A stretch of 48,392 nt of DNA, taken from a virus. Its lineage: Duplodnaviria; Caudoviricetes. Positions 47,601 to 48,392 of this stretch are shown piece by piece. The DNA lies in IMG/VR virus record IMGVR_UViG_3300025084_000046, positions 1 through 48,392 of that record, one strand, 5' to 3'. A model generated the notes under the pieces. That model had not been told where the DNA came from. It searched no databases and saw nothing but the letters and a program-made list of their open reading frames with translations. The first letter of the stretch is position 1. The number at the start of each line of letters is the position of its first letter. Position numbers and translations under genes: made by a program.

Positions 47601-48392
47601 TAACAACTATTCAAAATGCTTTCTTATTTGTAGATGATACATTAAGACAACCAGCAAGTGGAGCATCGGGTTCAATTGTAGGAACTGTTTCCAATGATAA
47701 TTTGATTGTACTCAAAAATGTAGTAGGAACTTTCAATAATACTGGAACTTTTTCTGCTGATATTAAAACATTCATTCTTACCATAGACCAAGATAGTAAT
47801 TATACTAAAGGTGCCATCTTAAGTTTAACTGATGGTGTTAATCCAGCGATTGCTACTGCAGAAATCTTAGAAGGAACTAGTAGGCAGAACACAGTCACTA
47901 TTAAAGTATTATCTGGTGTATGGATTGTTAATGATGATTATTACATCCAGTCAGATAATCTTTTCAACACATCTGGGTCTAAAATTATTACATTAGTTTC
48001 GTTGAGTGATAATTTAGAACCATTTGAAGTAAACCAAAGTGTTGCTTTGGTAGAGACTACAGAAGATCATGGATTAGCAATTGGAGACTCTGTTGATATT
48101 AATATATTTCCAGATGATTCTACAAAAACCAAAACATATTATATCAGAAAAAGATTATACCAGCAAGTATCATTTAGTCCTCCATCTAATACAACAACAA
48201 TTAATTTTAATGGTATTGGTAGATTTTCTATTTTAAATGGTGGAGCAGACTATACAGAAGGAACATATACTGATATTCCAATTACAGGAGGTTCTGGTTC
48301 TGGTGCTATTGCGAACATTACAGTATCTGCTGCCGGAGTTGTTAATAATATCACTATTACAAATGGTGGTACTGATTATAAGAGAGGAGATT
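44699..48392 (+). CDS. large baseplate wedge protein (gp7-like) with YHYH-like domain, 3'-truncated by the window
   Basis: MPSVKTKRISTLIESQLPEFI..EY..F.KFVEKYY, LIKNIQKFYKAKGT..SIKFIF; HSPILGFAYDGNPIYGPFG..LDENNGRFC.TPDFP.GTYAYF; follows gp6; absent from the ORF track because no stop is reached. Confidence 0.85.
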   Translation, partial: MPSVKTKRISTLIESQLPEFISSEYELFSKFVEKYYEAQEVQGGPLDVLSNIQKYADIDYYEKNLLNQKDSIIANISISDTIITLADAQSFPEKNGYVRIDDEIIFYESRTNNQLLNCSRGVSGNTKLGDLYNASNFSSTTATEHLEGAEVYNISNLFLYAFVRNFENQYLGSFPEKYLRGEVDKRTLIKNIQKFYKAKGTDDSIKFIFNTIISDDVENKPEVYHPREFTYKSSESDWINVYALKVKVVSGNPKDLIGKKIVQSPTDDYGYASATVDNVIAQGTIDGEVIWNIVVAPETVNGEFQISTKTKLENTIAPTLGAGDRVNVFSTMGWSSIGEILIGNEIIKFSDKTVTQFIVSERSLSVEHLRGKFVYKPVTIEGSDVTLLTLGVVYDALPDVSEPYSFTGDTVQVSQPGFKTSDPRIVQTGTNQLRWIQDTGTSITSSTNTPVEQSLAGISNNVSAIFADDQYYYITSSSYPSYNIFDGPIITQPVQDQKILRVLRKTPVVTTEIYKTQKRDVGILLNGVPIYGYKDSESLRFGKLEEIRVDNRGRGYVNPPFVVVDGLAGRARAQMVGNVVDSIIVDTDIAFPVTPTVEITSGRDGVARAVVTGGEVTSIVVENPGKFYSTPPIVRITDKVGKGRFAEYNTVIDRDGSIVEFTKVASGTLYTQQNILVEIIPVGTGAEITPLLKEWNKNRYSKLEENLDKQYGYVFENINNVLEYGYGQVANPKALRIQLNDNLNSADTEPANKTHSPILGFAYDGNPIYGPFGHENPLDQSSSIVRMTSSYSLSGNRQDGPSPIEYPLGSFINDYVYSHKSGSLDENNGRFCITPDFPDGTYAYFITINSSQVPQFPYVLGDKYYSLPVDSNYTTTINQNDIPKNAKRFFTPGMLGNGDGLVATISEVRSGTVDNVVIDSSSSNFSVNSQLYFNNAGTEGKDVNALVSSVEGKGVNYLQSKEDKVVKLTTIQNAFLFVDDTLRQPASGASGSIVGTVSNDNLIVLKNVVGTFNNTGTFSADIKTFILTIDQDSNYTKGAILSLTDGVNPAIATAEILEGTSRQNTVTIKVLSGVWIVNDDYYIQSDNLFNTSGSKIITLVSLSDNLEPFEVNQSVALVETTEDHGLAIGDSVDINIFPDDSTKTKTYYIRKRLYQQVSFSPPSNTTTINFNGIGRFSILNGGADYTEGTYTDIPITGGSGSGAIANITVSAAGVVNNITITNGGTDYKRGD

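Overview
This window is a 48 kb segment of a T4-like marine cyanophage (Synechococcus/Prochlorococcus myovirus); essentially all genes are on the + strand. In order: a 2OG-Fe(II) oxygenase; two tRNA clusters (Met/Ile-CAT and Leu-TAA; Asp, Thr, Asn) flanking a phage cpeT bilin lyase; a late tail-fibre/virion module (a 4064-aa giant protein, three tail-collar proteins, a 1691-aa tri-modular adhesin-like protein, a chaperone-like protein, more 2OG-Fe(II) oxygenases); an early region (about 28-40.6 kb) of small ORFs with a repeated promoter-linked motif and a putative nuclease + ParB-like + adenine methyltransferase trio; an origin-like non-coding junction; then PAAR, gp25, gp6 and a gp7-like gene that runs off the end. 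The main observation: the giant protein next to cpeT contains five nested phycobiliprotein-like domains that keep cysteines at positions resembling both bilin-attachment sites (Cys84-like KCxRD and beta-Cys153/155-like). This suggests the phage T-type lyase may chromophorylate the phage's own virion protein. All assignments are by eye; no searches were run.
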